From assembly GCA_964016885.1 (NCBI GenBank), contig OZ024742.1:367412001-367476000 (forward strand): DNA of 64,000 nt, read 5' to 3'. A program made the position numbers and the translations under genes. Position 1 is the stretch's first letter. Each line of letters starts with the position of its first letter. The notes under the pieces are model-generated. The model was not told where the DNA came from and made no database searches. It saw only the letters and a list, made by a program, of their open reading frames with translations. This DNA is from Eledone cirrhosa (taxonomy: Eukaryota). Shown in pieces: positions 35,798 to 47,596 of the stretch.

Positions 35798-36407
35798 GTC
35801 AGGTCACCAGTTGGTGCTACTGGTAACATGTATCCCAGTACAACCTGTCCCATGGTCGGGTCGTTGGCGACTAAACTGGCAACCCCACCAAGGTTTCTTG
35901 GTGAGGAGGGTGACTTTGGACATCCTGCAGGACTAAAAACAAAACCTGTCAAAGGGCAAAGGAGCTCTTAAGAGTCAATGGCCATCCAAAATCACCGGGA
36001 GAGATGACCCCTTAGCCTTTGTCAAGGCAGAATTCTAGGAGAAGGAAAACTCTGATATAACACCTGCAACCCTGATTGTATCCGATGATGTTGACTTGTT
36101 CTTCTTTTTGGTAAATATCATCTTGGTTAAGAGAGTGGGACTGGCTTTGTGCAGTGCCTTTGCTCACTATAAAAGCTTCACGGCACAGGCATTGCTTTAT
36201 ATCTGGAGATCTCTCTGCACTTGTCGTCACATGGTACCAAGGGCCCAGCACAATGTGTCAATAATTGTCACAAGTGTAGTGTTTGTACCAGAGTTTTCAA
36301 TTCGCTGGCTGGACTAAAAAGTCACACTTGTTCAGCGCATCGGTAGGGGTTCTCCTACATGGATATAAAGTAGTGGCCGTACTCGAAAACGAGTTGGCAG
36401 CCACCAT
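35798..36407 (+). mobile_element. Non-coding bipartite RTE-related element (~610 bp)
   Basis: (TATG)n flanks; contains ctaggagaaggaaaactctga, recalled as an RTE 5' UTR motif; 3' part near-identical to 60436-60846. Confidence 0.7.
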
Positions 36408-36419
36408 GTATGTATGTAT

Positions 36420-36620
36420 AGGCACAGGCATTGTCCTCGCAACCTCGAAGTAACTTAAACATATATCTTGTGTGTGTCTTTATAGACAGCAACTTAGTGG
36501 TTCGACAAAAAAGATCGATAAAATACGTGCCGGGCGTGAAACTGTACAGGTGTTGATATGATCAATGAAATCAAGGTGTCCTAGTCTAATAATTAGAACC
36601 AATAACAGAATAAAGGATTT
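36420..36620 (+). mobile_element. Degenerate SINE of a second family
   Basis: ggttcgacaaaaaagatcgataaaata core and agaataaagga tail. Confidence 0.4.
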
Positions 36621-36709
36621 TTAAAACATTACACTATATCTATGATGAATGTCTGTACAGGAAACCAACAGGAAAATATAATAACAGAAAGATGATGTAT
36701 AATGGTTGT

Positions 36710-37302
36710 GGGGTGGGGAAAGTCAAATAAATTGACCCCAGTGCATTGCTGGTACTTTATTTAATCGACCTCGTAAGGATGAAAGGCAAATCTAACCTCA
36801 GCAGGATTTGAACTCAGAACGTAAAGATACGTAAGTATATGCCACAAAAAATATTGTTCAAAGCTCTACCGATACTACCAAATAATTGTTTCTACTATTG
36901 ACACAAAGCCAGCAATTATCCCAGTGTATTACTGGTACTTTCTTTTATCGACCCCGTAAGGATGAAAGGCAAAGTTAACCTCGGCGGGATTTGAACTCAG
37001 AACCTAAAGTGCCGTAACTCTATGCTGTAAAGCATGGCGTCCGACCCTCTACCGATACTGCCAATCCACTGCCCCTATTACCAAATAATGGTTTCTCATT
37101 TAGGCACAAGGCCAACAATTTTGGGGAGGGTGAAGTCGATTAAATCGACCCTAGTGCGTGACTGGTACTTTATGTTATCGACCCCGTAAGGATTAAATGT
37201 AAAAGTTAACCACATAGGGATTTGACCTCAGAACATAAAGATCTGAAAGAACCACGGCGAAGTGTTCTCTCCCTCGTTCTAACGACTCTGTTAATCCAAC
37301 GC
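36710..37302 (-). mobile_element. Three head-to-tail tRNA-derived SINE copies (~36710-36880, 36885-37073, 37087-37302)
   Basis: Three repeats of ctggtacttt..atcgacc..gtaaggat, each with B-box-like gatttgaMctcagaac and an A-box head in reverse. Confidence 0.85.
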
Positions 37303-37855
37303 TATGTTGTATAATAATGGCTAAAGCGGTTGTTAGGGTAAAACCGAGAATTGTTTAGTTGTAAAGAATATTAATGCATATTTCCGAAGCAATCTTCCAG
37401 CAGCAACTTGCCTGCCAATATATCTGGCTAGAAAATCTACCTTCAAATATCCATACATTTATCTCTATGTGTCTATCTATCTCTATATATCTATCTCTAT
37501 ATCTATCTATCTCTATATAGTTATCGTTCTATCTCCCCCCTCTCTCTCACTCCTCCTCTGTTTCTCTCTTTCTAATCTCTCCCACTCCCCCTCTGTTTCC
37601 TCCTTCTAATCTCTCCCACTTTCCCTCTCTCTCTCCTTCTAATCTCTTCCACTTTCCCTCTAATCTCTCCCACTTTCCCTCTCTTTCTCCTTCTAATCTC
37701 TCCCACTTTCCCCCCCCCTCTCCCTCTCTCCTTTCTTTCTCTTTCTCTTATATGTTACACGTGTATGTGTGTGTGTTTGTTTGTGTTTTGATCTGTGTGT
37801 GTGTATGTTTCTTGAGTAAATGTTAACAGTGTGTTAGTGTTTATACGTGTGTGTG

Positions 37856-37892
<37 letters not shown>

Positions 37893-38232
37893 TTCTGTGC
37901 GCATGTTTTATGTTTTATTGTGCATTTGAGTACCTGCGTGTCTAGGTGATTGTGTATGTGTTAATAGTGTACGTTTGTCTGTGTGTCTGTGTGTGAATAT
38001 TTCTAACTGCGTTGTGGTTTAATGTGTGTGTGTGTGTGCGTATGTGTGTCTATATGTGTGTGTGTATGTGTGTGTGTATGTGTGTGTATTGATTTATATG
38101 TATATTTATTGTACGTCTTTGCACATGCTGCTGTTAGTACGAGTTCGTGTTACTATGTGGGTCTACCTTCGTGTTTTTATACACGCATGTATCTGTATGT
38201 CTGCCTCATTATATCTTCATTTACCCCTCATG

Positions 38233-38338
<106 letters not shown>

Positions 38339-38348
38339 AAAAAGTATG

Positions 38349-38445
38349 ACCCCGACGGCAGCGCTCAAGCCGTTTCGACGGCGAATTCTGGACTAAATTA
38401 GACTTTTTAGCCTGGTGAATAAATAGCCGAACTTGTCAAGGGGGT
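38349..38445 (-). ncRNA. Hammerhead motif, U3-A8 core (TTGACAA)
   Basis: cccc-TTGACAA-stem II-GAAACGGC...GCCGTC-gggg. Confidence 0.7.
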
Positions 38446-39366
38446 ACTTCCTTATATGGGAAGATTGTAGTTGTCAAGAGGATTGGTTAAAATTTGTTGT
38501 AAATACAAATAAGTCTTATCATGGTATTTGGTGGGAGGTAGGGGTGGCTGAATTTGCCTGTAGAACAATAGGGGAGTGAGTGGAGCGGTCAAGCGTTGTG
38601 TATACAGCAGATTCTAAGGATGGTGTATGAAGTGGGGGAGGGAGCTTATAGAATAGGTAAATCGAAAGAGAGTAGGAGAGAATAAAAGATACTAGAAAAA
38701 AATAAAAAGAGAGTTTGGTGGTGTTTTTGTTGATTATGTTGTGGTAGCGGTGTTGTAGTGGGAAGTGTTTTTCGAGGAGTCTAAAGAAGATTTTCCCGAT
38801 AGGTGTTGCTACCTCGGCATTGTGGGGAGGATTGAACCACGTTACGTGGCGTGTTTTCGAAGGACCAACTCCTAAACAACAAAGATGAACTGGTAACCGC
38901 ATGCAAACACAGATTGCCTAGGCTTACCTCGCTCTCAAACCCTATAACGACCCGGTGGATACACAAGGGCTGATACCCCCCCACACACACACACATGCCG
39001 AATAAGTTAGGGGAAACCCCAGCTTACATAGGTAAATGTATCTCTTTTCTTTTCCTCTTTGTCTCCTTCCCCTGTCTCATTCTATCACTTCCTTCCACCC
39101 CTTATTTTCTTCCTCGTCTGCTTTCCCCTTTCGCCTACCCCGATGCAGCCCATCGGGCCTTGTAGCATCAGTTCTCCCAACCCTGTTATTGTAAGATAGA
39201 ATTGGCCGAATACGTTTTACTAACTACTTATAGCAGATGTGTTAAAAACCCCTTTAAGTTTGTATCTGTTTTGTAATTTCTATAAGTTTTTTCTATTCTC
39301 AACTTATTAACCTGTAATTGTAAGATAGCATTGTGATTTCTTTATTCATTTCTCACTATCTAATTT

Positions 39367-39413
<47 letters not shown>

Positions 39414-39442
39414 TTATTATTTATTTATTTATTATTTTCTAT

Positions 39443-39481
<39 letters not shown>

Positions 39482-39648
39482 TTTTCTCTTTCTTTTTTTT
39501 CTTTCTATTATCTTTTATTGTCTCCTACTCTCTTTCGATTTACCTATTCTATAACCTCCCTCTCCCACTTCATACACTATCCTTAGAATCTGATGTATAC
39601 ATATAAGTTTCAACGCTTGACAGCTACAATCTTCCCATATAAGGAAGT

Positions 39649-39744
39649 ACCCCTTGAAAAGTTCGGCTATTTATTCACCAAGCTAAAAATTCTAATTTAG
39701 TCCAGAATTAGCCGTCGAAACGGCTTGAGCTCTGCCGTCGGGGT
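39649..39744 (+). ncRNA. Hammerhead motif, U3-A8 core (TTGAAAA)
   Basis: acccc-TTGAAAA-gttcggcta...tagccgtc-GAAACGGC-ttgagctct-GCCGTC-ggggt. Confidence 0.75.
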
Positions 39745-39984
39745 CATACTTTTTCCTATTTCCCACTCTACTACCTTAAGTATTGAGTACTCTGGTGCGT
39801 TATGGTCCATTTGGTTCCTTACCACAATTCCTTTGTTATATATATATATATATATATTTATTTATTAATATTTGTATTTTAATATTAATAACTCTGGAAA
39901 ATTATTTACCGTAGAGTGCTTCCAATCTACTGTAAAACTCATTCTCTGATATACTCATTGAATCTTGTTTAACTCTTTAATATA

Positions 39985-40055
<71 letters not shown>

Positions 40056-40140
40056 AGGTGAGTTTTATTGTAGTACAATAAAGCAATGCAGATATCGGAT
40101 ATGAAGCACTCTACAGTTTGTAGGACTGGAGTATACATAA

Positions 40141-40371
40141 TATATAAGAACAAAATATGGTTAAAAGAATTCCATGTATTTTATTATGCGCATTTCAACA
40201 TATTAGATATGTTGATTTAAAACTGCACTATCCACAAGTGTTTTTTAACCTTCATATCATGTCTTCCTATTTTATCTGATGAAAACACAAATATTATTGC
40301 ATGATGATATTTGTTTTTGAAATGCGCATAATAAAATACATGGAACTCTTTTAACCATCTTTTGTTCTTAT

Positions 40372-40374
<3 letters not shown>
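40141..40374. mobile_element. Small fold-back PLE terminal-repeat element
   Basis: 40141-40198 inverted vs 40317-40374; contains HHR; (TA)n on the right. Confidence 0.7.
40268..40338 (+). ncRNA. Type I hammerhead motif, canonical core, palindromic stem III
   Basis: tattttat-CTGATGA-long stem II-GAAA-tgcgca-TA-ataaaata; atgcgcat is palindromic. Confidence 0.8.
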
Positions 40375-40455
<81 letters not shown>

Positions 40456-40459
<4 letters not shown>

Positions 40460-40976
40460 AGCTTTGTAAAGGTAAGAGACCACCTCACAAGCCAAGGCTC
40501 CGATTCAAAGATTGTGTAAAGGACTCATTGAAAGAAACTGGTTTGATGGTGGCTGACTGGGAGATAGAAGCTCTTGAAAGAGAAACTTGGCGTGGAATGG
40601 TGAATGATGGGGTCCATAATTTTGAGGACAGACGCATAGAGCACGAGAAGATCAAACGGGATGTTGTAAGCAATACCCTGGTGTATCTCTCGAAACGATC
40701 GATGTCTCCATTGAATTGGTGTGACCTGGAAACATTTGCTTGAGCAAAACTGGTCTCAGGAGCCACAGTCGCAGCCATGTTCAAAGAAAACCAGTGAACT
40801 ATGATCTCCACGGTATTGTGAAGGTTCACAGGCAACCTGCTGCAAGGGAGATCCATAGTTGTCGTCAATTTGTGAATGAGTACAAGTCTCTGGGAGGCTT
40901 GAAAAGCCATATCCGAACGTCACACATCTGAATCTGAGAAGCGTGGCAATACTCTTGGCAGAGTTTACACCCATCA
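40456..40976 (+). pseudogene. 3' fragment of a second RTE LINE
   Basis: [42 protein letters not shown]; homologous to the C-terminal part of ORF 30288-31121. Confidence 0.85.
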
Positions 40977-41046
40977 CACACACGCACACACACGCACACA
41001 CTCACACAAACACACACACACACACACACACACATACGCGCGCGCG

Positions 41047-41097
<51 letters not shown>

Positions 41098-41133
41098 ACA
41101 CACACACATATATATATGTGTGTGTGTGTGTGA

Positions 41134-41250
41134 AGGTGAATGGCTGAGTGGTTAGAGAATTGGATTTGCAATCGTGATTTTGTGAGTTCGATTCCCAGAC
41201 CCGGCGATGCGTTATGTCCTTGAGCAAGACACTTTATTTCACGGTGCTCC
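41134..41250 (+). mobile_element. tRNA-like SINE head (third family)
   Basis: A box tggctgagtggtt, B box gagttcgattccc, then gtccttgagcaagacacttta; related 3' part reversed at ~61310-61451. Confidence 0.65.
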
Positions 41251-41438
41251 TTCTACTTGGTGTTGCAACCGATAGATAGTATTAGCAACTGGAAAGACGA
41301 ATGGAAACATTGTTTCCTCGGTCCGATTTGACGAAAATCGATCGAAAGTCGATATTTATTCATCTATTTCTCTATTTCTCTAAATATATTTACCGATATT
41401 TACCTATTTATATATATATGGGGGTGGGGGACTGAAAG

Positions 41439-41505
<67 letters not shown>

Positions 41506-41514
41506 TAACATTAA

Positions 41515-41565
41515 AGTTTAAGCAAAGAATCGCTGCTTTCACCCTTAACGGGATCTTCTGAAACT
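41515..41565 (-). ncRNA. Hammerhead-like motif, CAGAAGA core (mirror of 44638-44688)
   Basis: Reverse complement of the 3' copy. Confidence 0.5.
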
Positions 41566-41607
41566 AACAAAGTCAATCTGTGAACGAAAAAGTGAATATT
41601 TCTAAAA

Positions 41608-41997
41608 GTGCTTGCGACAGGTTCAGAAAAGAACTCACAGCCTTCTCTAAAGGCTTCAACCTCTCCATACAGGTTGAGGCCAACCTCTCGGTCGTTAATT
41701 ACCTCGACGTTACCCTCAATTTATCGAATGGCTTGTATTACCCGTATAGAAAGCCGAATGATACGCGTAATTACATAAGTAAGCATTCTAACCATCCTGC
41801 CAGCATAACCAAGAAGCTGGTAAGAAACGTTTCTTTGAGGCTTTCCCGTCTATCTACTAACGAGCATATTTTCAACGACCATTCCACATATTACAATGAA
41901 GTTCTTGCTCGGAGTGGATTTGTAGATAAGGTAGCATATACAGAGTACGAGAATAGACCTAGAAGAAATAGATCCCGACGCATTATATGGTATATAA
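41608..41997 (+). pseudogene. PLE B RT C-terminal part/thumb (lacks YRDD)
   Basis: DRFRKEL..VNYLDVTLNL..YYPYRKPND aligns to ORF 45883-47106. Confidence 0.85.
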
Positions 41998-42188
41998 GGC
42001 GGTGGATTGGCAGTATCGGTGGAGGGTCGGACGCCATGCTTTCCAGCATAGTTACGTCCCTTTACGACCTGAGTTCAAATCCCGCCGAGATTGACTTTGC
42101 CTTTCATCATTACGGGGTCGATAAAATAAAGTACCAGTAATGCACTGGGTAATTGCTGGCCTTGTGCCTGAAGTAAAAACAATTATAG
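41998..42188 (+). mobile_element. Full-length tRNA-derived SINE inserted in the PLE B ORF
   Basis: A box tggcagtatcggt, B box gagttcaaatccc, core cctttcatcattacggggtcgataaaataaagtaccag; imperfect TSD attataKggtat(at)aag. Confidence 0.9.
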
Positions 42189-42859
42189 GGTATAAGCCAC
42201 CATATAATATGGAGGTGGCCACATCATTAGCTAAGATATTTCTCTCCCTTATTATGAAGCATTTTCCCCCTACACATAAATATAGTAAAATATTTAATAG
42301 AAATACTATTAAAATTTCTTACTCTACGACTCCTAACCTTGCACATAACATCACAGCTTCAAATTTAGCTAAACTACCTAGCCGTAGGAACACGTGCAAC
42401 CCTGTAGTTAGTACTAACTGTAATTGTAGGAATCGGGTTGACTGCCCCCTATCCGGGAAATGCCTCTCTAGTAACATTGTCTACAAATGTAAGGTTGAAA
42501 CACCCACGTCCCGTAGGGCCTACATAGGGTTAACCGCCAATAGATTCAAGCAGCGTCTTTACATGCATACCCATTCTTTTCGTTACCCTTTAAAAAGGAA
42601 TATGACGTCACTTTCAGCTTATATCTGGAGTCTAAAAGACAACCACACCCAATATAAGTTACACTGGGAGATCCTAGCTAGGGCTAGATCGTATAACGGA
42701 AATAAAAGACCAGGTGATCTCTGCGCCGCTGAGGCCCTGGAAATACTCTACCTCAAAGACCACATCTTAAACAAAAAATCCGAGGCAACTTCAACTTGTA
42801 AACATAAATTGCACAAAACCTTTCTGTATTACAGCCCCACATTATACCCTAACGGATAG
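42140..42859 (+). CDS. Chimeric ORF: SINE-derived ATG fused to PLE linker and GIY-YIG endonuclease (239 aa)
   Basis: Uninterrupted ORF with CNC-x5-C, IVY/YIG, FKQR, AAE, LNKK, CKH; expression unknown. Confidence 0.5.
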   Translation: MHWVIAGLVPEVKTIIGYKPPYNMEVATSLAKIFLSLIMKHFPPTHKYSKIFNRNTIKISYSTTPNLAHNITASNLAKLPSRRNTCNPVVSTNCNCRNRVDCPLSGKCLSSNIVYKCKVETPTSRRAYIGLTANRFKQRLYMHTHSFRYPLKRNMTSLSAYIWSLKDNHTQYKLHWEILARARSYNGNKRPGDLCAAEALEILYLKDHILNKKSEATSTCKHKLHKTFLYYSPTLYPNG

Positions 42860-43504
42860 TACGAACTATACTTATATTTTACGTCTTGATATGGTAGCTA
42901 AGTATATGTTATGTTTATACCATTACTTATTTGTATAGGTAAGTATATATTACCTGTATGTTTTGTGAAGGTACGTATACTTTCTCGTACGTATATTTGA
43001 TTGTATATGTTATGGCGTATATATTATATATTCTGGTACATATGCTTTTGGTTATGTGTATATGTGAGTTTTGCGTCTGTGGGAGTATGCGGGTTCGTAC
43101 GTATGTAGGGTGGGTGTATATGTGTACTTCGTGTTTTGGTTGACGTACGTCTCCGAACATATGTGTAGTTACATGTAGGTATGTGTGTGCGTGCGTTATA
43201 TACGTATTCATTTATTTATATACGTTTACTTAACTATATGTATACACGCACACACACACACACATATATATTTATATATATATATGAATTAGAACCCTGT
43301 AACCATTAAGCTCTAAGTATAAAGTACAAATAAATACTGAGCCGATTAACAATATATAGTAAGAAACACAGTAAACCGTGTGTCTAAAATTACAAGGGAT
43401 GAAAAACCACATTTGCTTGAAATATTTAACCAAGAAACAGACAGGATGACAAAATGAAAATAAAAATATATTATCATAATACAAACCGCCTCAATAACCA
43501 TTAT

Positions 43505-43584
43505 ATCTCGGACAGATTATCCCTAATCTGTTTCGCCCTGAGTGTGTTTGTAACAGATAATCCTGGGCTTCATCAGCGAGAGAT
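43505..43584 (-). ncRNA. Full type I hammerhead ribozyme
   Basis: tctcg-CTGATGA-a-gccc...gggc-GAAACAGATT-agggat-AATCTGTC-cgaga. Confidence 0.88.
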
Positions 43585-43800
43585 TGCAATTAAATGTCAC
43601 AAACACTATTTGCCAACGTTCACACAGAAAGATGAATTTATCACTTCGGCTCTCTTACAGGATGAGCTATTAAGTTGTGCGTGTTGGACTGTTATTTCTG
43701 TTCAATACGCGCTTACCACGTTTGACTGGCGGCGCACGAGGTGATAAATTCATCTTTCTGTGTGAACGTTGGCAAATAGTGTTTGTGACATTTAATTGCA

Positions 43801-43882
43801 ATCTCTCGCTGATGAATCCCAGGATTATCTGTTACAAACACACTCAGGGCGAAACAGATTAGGGATAATCTGTCCGAGAGAT
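43801..43882 (+). ncRNA. Full type I hammerhead ribozyme
   Basis: atctctcg-CTGATGA-atccc...gggc-GAAACAGATT-agggat-AATCTGTC-cgagagat; predicted cut after 43874. Confidence 0.85.
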
Positions 43883-44282
43883 ATAATGGTTATTGAGGCG
43901 GTTTGTATTATGATAATATATTTTTATTTTCATTTTGTCATCCTGTCTGTTTCTTGGTTAAATATTTCAAGCATATGTGGTTTTTCAACCCTTGTAATTT
44001 TAGACACACGGTTTACTGTGTTTCTTACTATATATTGTTATATATTTTTATATATATTTTTATGTGTATGTGTATACATTCGTATGCGTGCTGGTACAGG
44101 CGTTGCGTGGGTTCTGTATGTGCGTGCGGGTTTTTTTGTGTACGTGCGTGTATTTGTATACCTATGGCGAGTGTTTTCGCGTATGCTTGTGTATGTACGT
44201 TTATGTATTTATTTAATTTCAATTACCTCTGTATTTTATTTACTTAATTCTTAACTCTGAAGCCGAGAATCATTCGGTTAGT

Positions 44283-44560
44283 TAGAATTCTTGTCTACGA
44301 CTTCAGTTATACCATTTACGTGGTTTTGTCTTTGCGCGCAATTGTTCTCCCCGCTCCACATATGACATATTCTCTTCATTTTTCCGTTCATTGCCAGAGA
44401 ACGTCTCTATGAACCACCTAATAGAATATTAGTCTACGCCTTCTTTCATACCATAAACGTGGTTTTGTCTTTGCGTGCAATTGTTTTTCACCGCTCCAAA
44501 TTATGACGTATTATATTCGTTTTTTCCGGTTCTTTGCCAGGGAACGTTTCCACGAACCAA
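44283..44560. repeat. Diverged ~140-bp tandem duplication in PLE B 3' region
   Basis: acgtggttttgtctttgcgYgcaattgtt..ccgctcca..ttgccag occurs twice, 140 bp apart. Confidence 0.8.
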
Positions 44561-44637
44561 AGTATCGTCTGTCTGTCTTCCTCCGGTTGCAACGTTTTTT
44601 GAAATATTCACTTCTGCGTTCGCAGATTGACTTTGGT

Positions 44638-44688
44638 AGTTTCAGAAGATCCCGTTAAGGGTGAAAGCAGCGATTCTTTGCTTAAACT
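44638..44688 (+). ncRNA. Hammerhead-like motif, CAGAAGA core (U4A)
   Basis: agttt-CAGAAGA-tccc gttaa gggt-GAAAGCA...TGCTT-aaact. Confidence 0.55.
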
Positions 44689-44795
44689 TTAATCTGTTAT
44701 TTTAATAAATGTTTGCTCTACGGTTCTTATATATTTGATATATATTTATCCTTATCGAGCCCTCTTTGGATTTTAGTCTTCAAATTTATTATTAT

Positions 44796-44837
<42 letters not shown>

Positions 44838-44849
44838 AGAACGAGTAGG

Positions 44850-44945
44850 ACCCCGACGGCTGAGCTCAAGCCTTTTCGACGGCTAATTCTGGACTAAATG
44901 AAATTTTTTATCCTGGTATATGAATAGCCGAGCTTCTCAGGGGGT
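44850..44945 (-). ncRNA. Hammerhead motif (CTGAGAA core, mutated stem III), mirror copy
   Basis: Reverse complement of 48737-48831 with GAAAA instead of GAAAC. Confidence 0.5.
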
Positions 44946-45664
44946 AATTTCATATATGGTAAAAGTGATTGTCACAAGGATTGATCAAAAGTTTGATGTT
45001 GAGACATAATAATTCTATCATGGCAATTTGTGGAGGGAAGGGATAGCTGAACCTGCCAGTAGAAGAAAGAGGGAGAGGGGGTGGAGGAAACCCAGTCTGC
45101 ATTGATAGTGCCAACTACAGCTGGGCAGGAGGTCAAAGAAGATACTAGGGAGGGGGAGGGGGAGGAAGTCGAAACAATAAGTAAAACAATATGGGGTAAA
45201 TATATAGAAAAATACCGAGAGTGTTAAAAAACAATTAAATGTAAAAAAAAAAACAATTTCTGGTTACTATAACCTAAGGACAGCTATCAAGTCTCTCACT
45301 GGTACTGCTAGACTAAAGAAAGGTTTACTAGGTGGGACGGAATTATAATGAGACCCTTTTAAGAGGTATAAGTAAACAACCGAATATATCTTACGGTGAC
45401 GGGTCAACAAGTGGGGGGCCAAAATACTTAAGAAACTACCACTACATAATAATTCAGAGTCCCGAGACCAGTACGAAATAAAGGTTTCTACACCAGGCAC
45501 AAGGCCAGCAACCACCCAGTGCAAAAAAATAAACTAATACGAAATAATAATTCAGAATCTCGAAAAAGAATACTAATACTATTTCTAAGGGTGCCGCCAC
45601 GATACAAAAATTCTAGTGCAAACTACATAAATGCTCGTACGAAGTATATGTAAAATTTGATACG

Positions 45665-47596
45665 GAAAATGACCTTTTCCAACTGGTCAAGAACATTAAA
45701 TTCAAACCCAGACACAACCGATTCCTACAAAAACTCCGTAGCAACTTAACAGAGTATGATAACACCAATGACATCATGGTGCACTCGGATAAAACTGGTA
45801 ACCTCTACTTTGTCAACCCCGACAGATACCACACACTGATCAGGAGCAGCCTAAACTCCACCTATAAAAAGGCTAACCACTCATGCATCGAGGACATAAA
45901 TCGAGATGGACCAAAAAATTACCTCCAGCCCCGAGGTCGCTGACCGCACGGAACCCCTACTTCACACTGAAGGACCACAAATCTGATTACGACCGTAAAC
46001 CTTCTATCAGGCTTATAAACGCAATGAAGTCCGACATAGGGAGAATCAGCAAAAAAATTCTGGACCGCGTTATACCAAAAGTTAAGCAACACGCCAGACT
46101 TAGCCTATGGGTCAACACCCAGGAAGTAATCCCATGGTTCAGCAATATGGAGGAAAAACGAGACACTAAATTCATCCAGTTTGACATAGAGAGTTACTAT
46201 GCTTCAATTACCTTACCGCTACTTACGGCTGCCTTGGACTTCGCCGAAACACTTGTGCCCATCACCGACCAGGAAAGAAACATCATCCTCCACGCCAGGA
46301 GGACAGGCTTACTCTTCGACAACTCCAAATGGATAAAGAGAGCTCCCGACTCACCCTTCGACGTCAGCATGGGCGCGACGGATTCGGCTGAGGTCACAGA
46401 TCTTATAGGATTATTCCTAATAGCCAAACTCACCGATATGTTTCCTGCATTCGGCGGTGGATTGTACCGTGATGATGGGCTCCTTACCCTTAAAGGGTAC
46501 AACCCCAGTAGTACAGATCGGGTCCGTAAACAATTAATCAGCTTCTTCCGCGACTGGGGATTTAAAATAACCCTACAAACGTCCCTGACCCGAGTAAACT
46601 TCCTGGACGTTACCCTTGACCTCGATAATGATCTGTACTACCCATACAGGAAACCTAACGACAACCTGCACTACATCCACCGCCGGTCTAACCATCCTAG
46701 GAACATCACCAATAACCTGGTTAAAAACATCTCCATCCGCATATCTCATTTGTCAGCTAATGAGCAGATATTCGAGGAACATGCGTCTTATTACAACCAG
46801 GCCCTCAAGCGGAGTGGTTTCCGGGAGGAAATATTCTACTGTCCAGCTTCCATTAGCGGAACCAGCAGGCGACACCGTCGCTCACGCAACGTAACATGGT
46901 TCAATCCTCCCCACAACGCCGAGGTGACAACTCCTATCGGGAAAATCTTCTTTAGGCTCATTGAAAAACACTTCCCACTACAACACCGCTACCACAACAT
47001 AATTAACAAAAATACCATCAAACTCTCCCACAACACTACACCAAACTTTGCACAATACATCGTCTCCTCTAACAACAACAAAAATCAACCCCTATGGAAG
47101 AAATAACCTAAATAGCAGTGGAGAGCCGACCAGGAGGTTCAACTGTCCCGATGGATCCATTTGCCCCCTCGACAACAGATGCAGAGATCGTAATGTGATC
47201 TACCAGTGCAACGTGAGGACGGACACCTCCAACAAAGCTTATATAGGATTAACCACATGTGACTTCAAGACCCGGCTATACCAACATAGACATACCTTCC
47301 GAAACCCGGCCCGGCGTCACGCCACTAAACTTTCGGGCCACATATGGGACCTCAAGGATAACAATATTACCTATGATCTCACTTGGAGATTACTGTCCAG
47401 AGCCAACTCTTACACGGTAGGACGCCGTCCGTGCAATTTATGCGCGGAGGAAACTTTACAAATGGTGTTTTCGATGGACCAACTCCTAAACAAGAAAGAT
47501 GAACTGGTAACTGCCTGTAAACACAGATTGCGTATGACATACCTCGCCCTCAAACCCCATAATGACCCGGGGGGGGGGGTTAGACTAGGGCTATAA
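45665..47596 (+). pseudogene. PLE A reverse transcriptase plus GIY-YIG endonuclease, two frameshifts
   Basis: SDKTGN, LKDHK, IRLIN, QFDIESYY, MGA..SAEV, GLYRDDG (YRDD 46465-46476), NFLDVTL, WFNPP; VIY..YIG, FKTR, CNLCAEE, LLNKK..CKH. Confidence 0.93.

Larger units (their letters stand above)
43285..44040. mobile_element. ORF-less fold-back element nested in PLE B 3' region
   Basis: ~298-bp arms 43347-43644 and 43741-44040, 96-bp spacer, left arm extended by a unique tail; AT-repeat flanks. Confidence 0.85.
41500..44798 (+). mobile_element. PLE B (Hydra-clade-like), 5'-truncated, with inverted terminal repeat and two nested insertions
   Basis: 41500-41607 inverted vs 44596-44704; VNYLDVTL, YRKPND, SNHP, CNCRNRVDCPLSGKC, IVY..YIG; (TA)n flanks. 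Confidence 0.9.

Noticed and set aside
36375-36407. Group II intron domain V or HDV-like ribozyme in the ggccgtactcgaaaacgag tail
   Set aside because: Only a short hairpin; no catalytic triad/bulge geometry or nested pseudoknot could be built; explained as the RTE tail
41134-41205. Functional tRNA gene
   Set aside because: A and B boxes present but no convincing cloverleaf, and it continues into SINE body sequence
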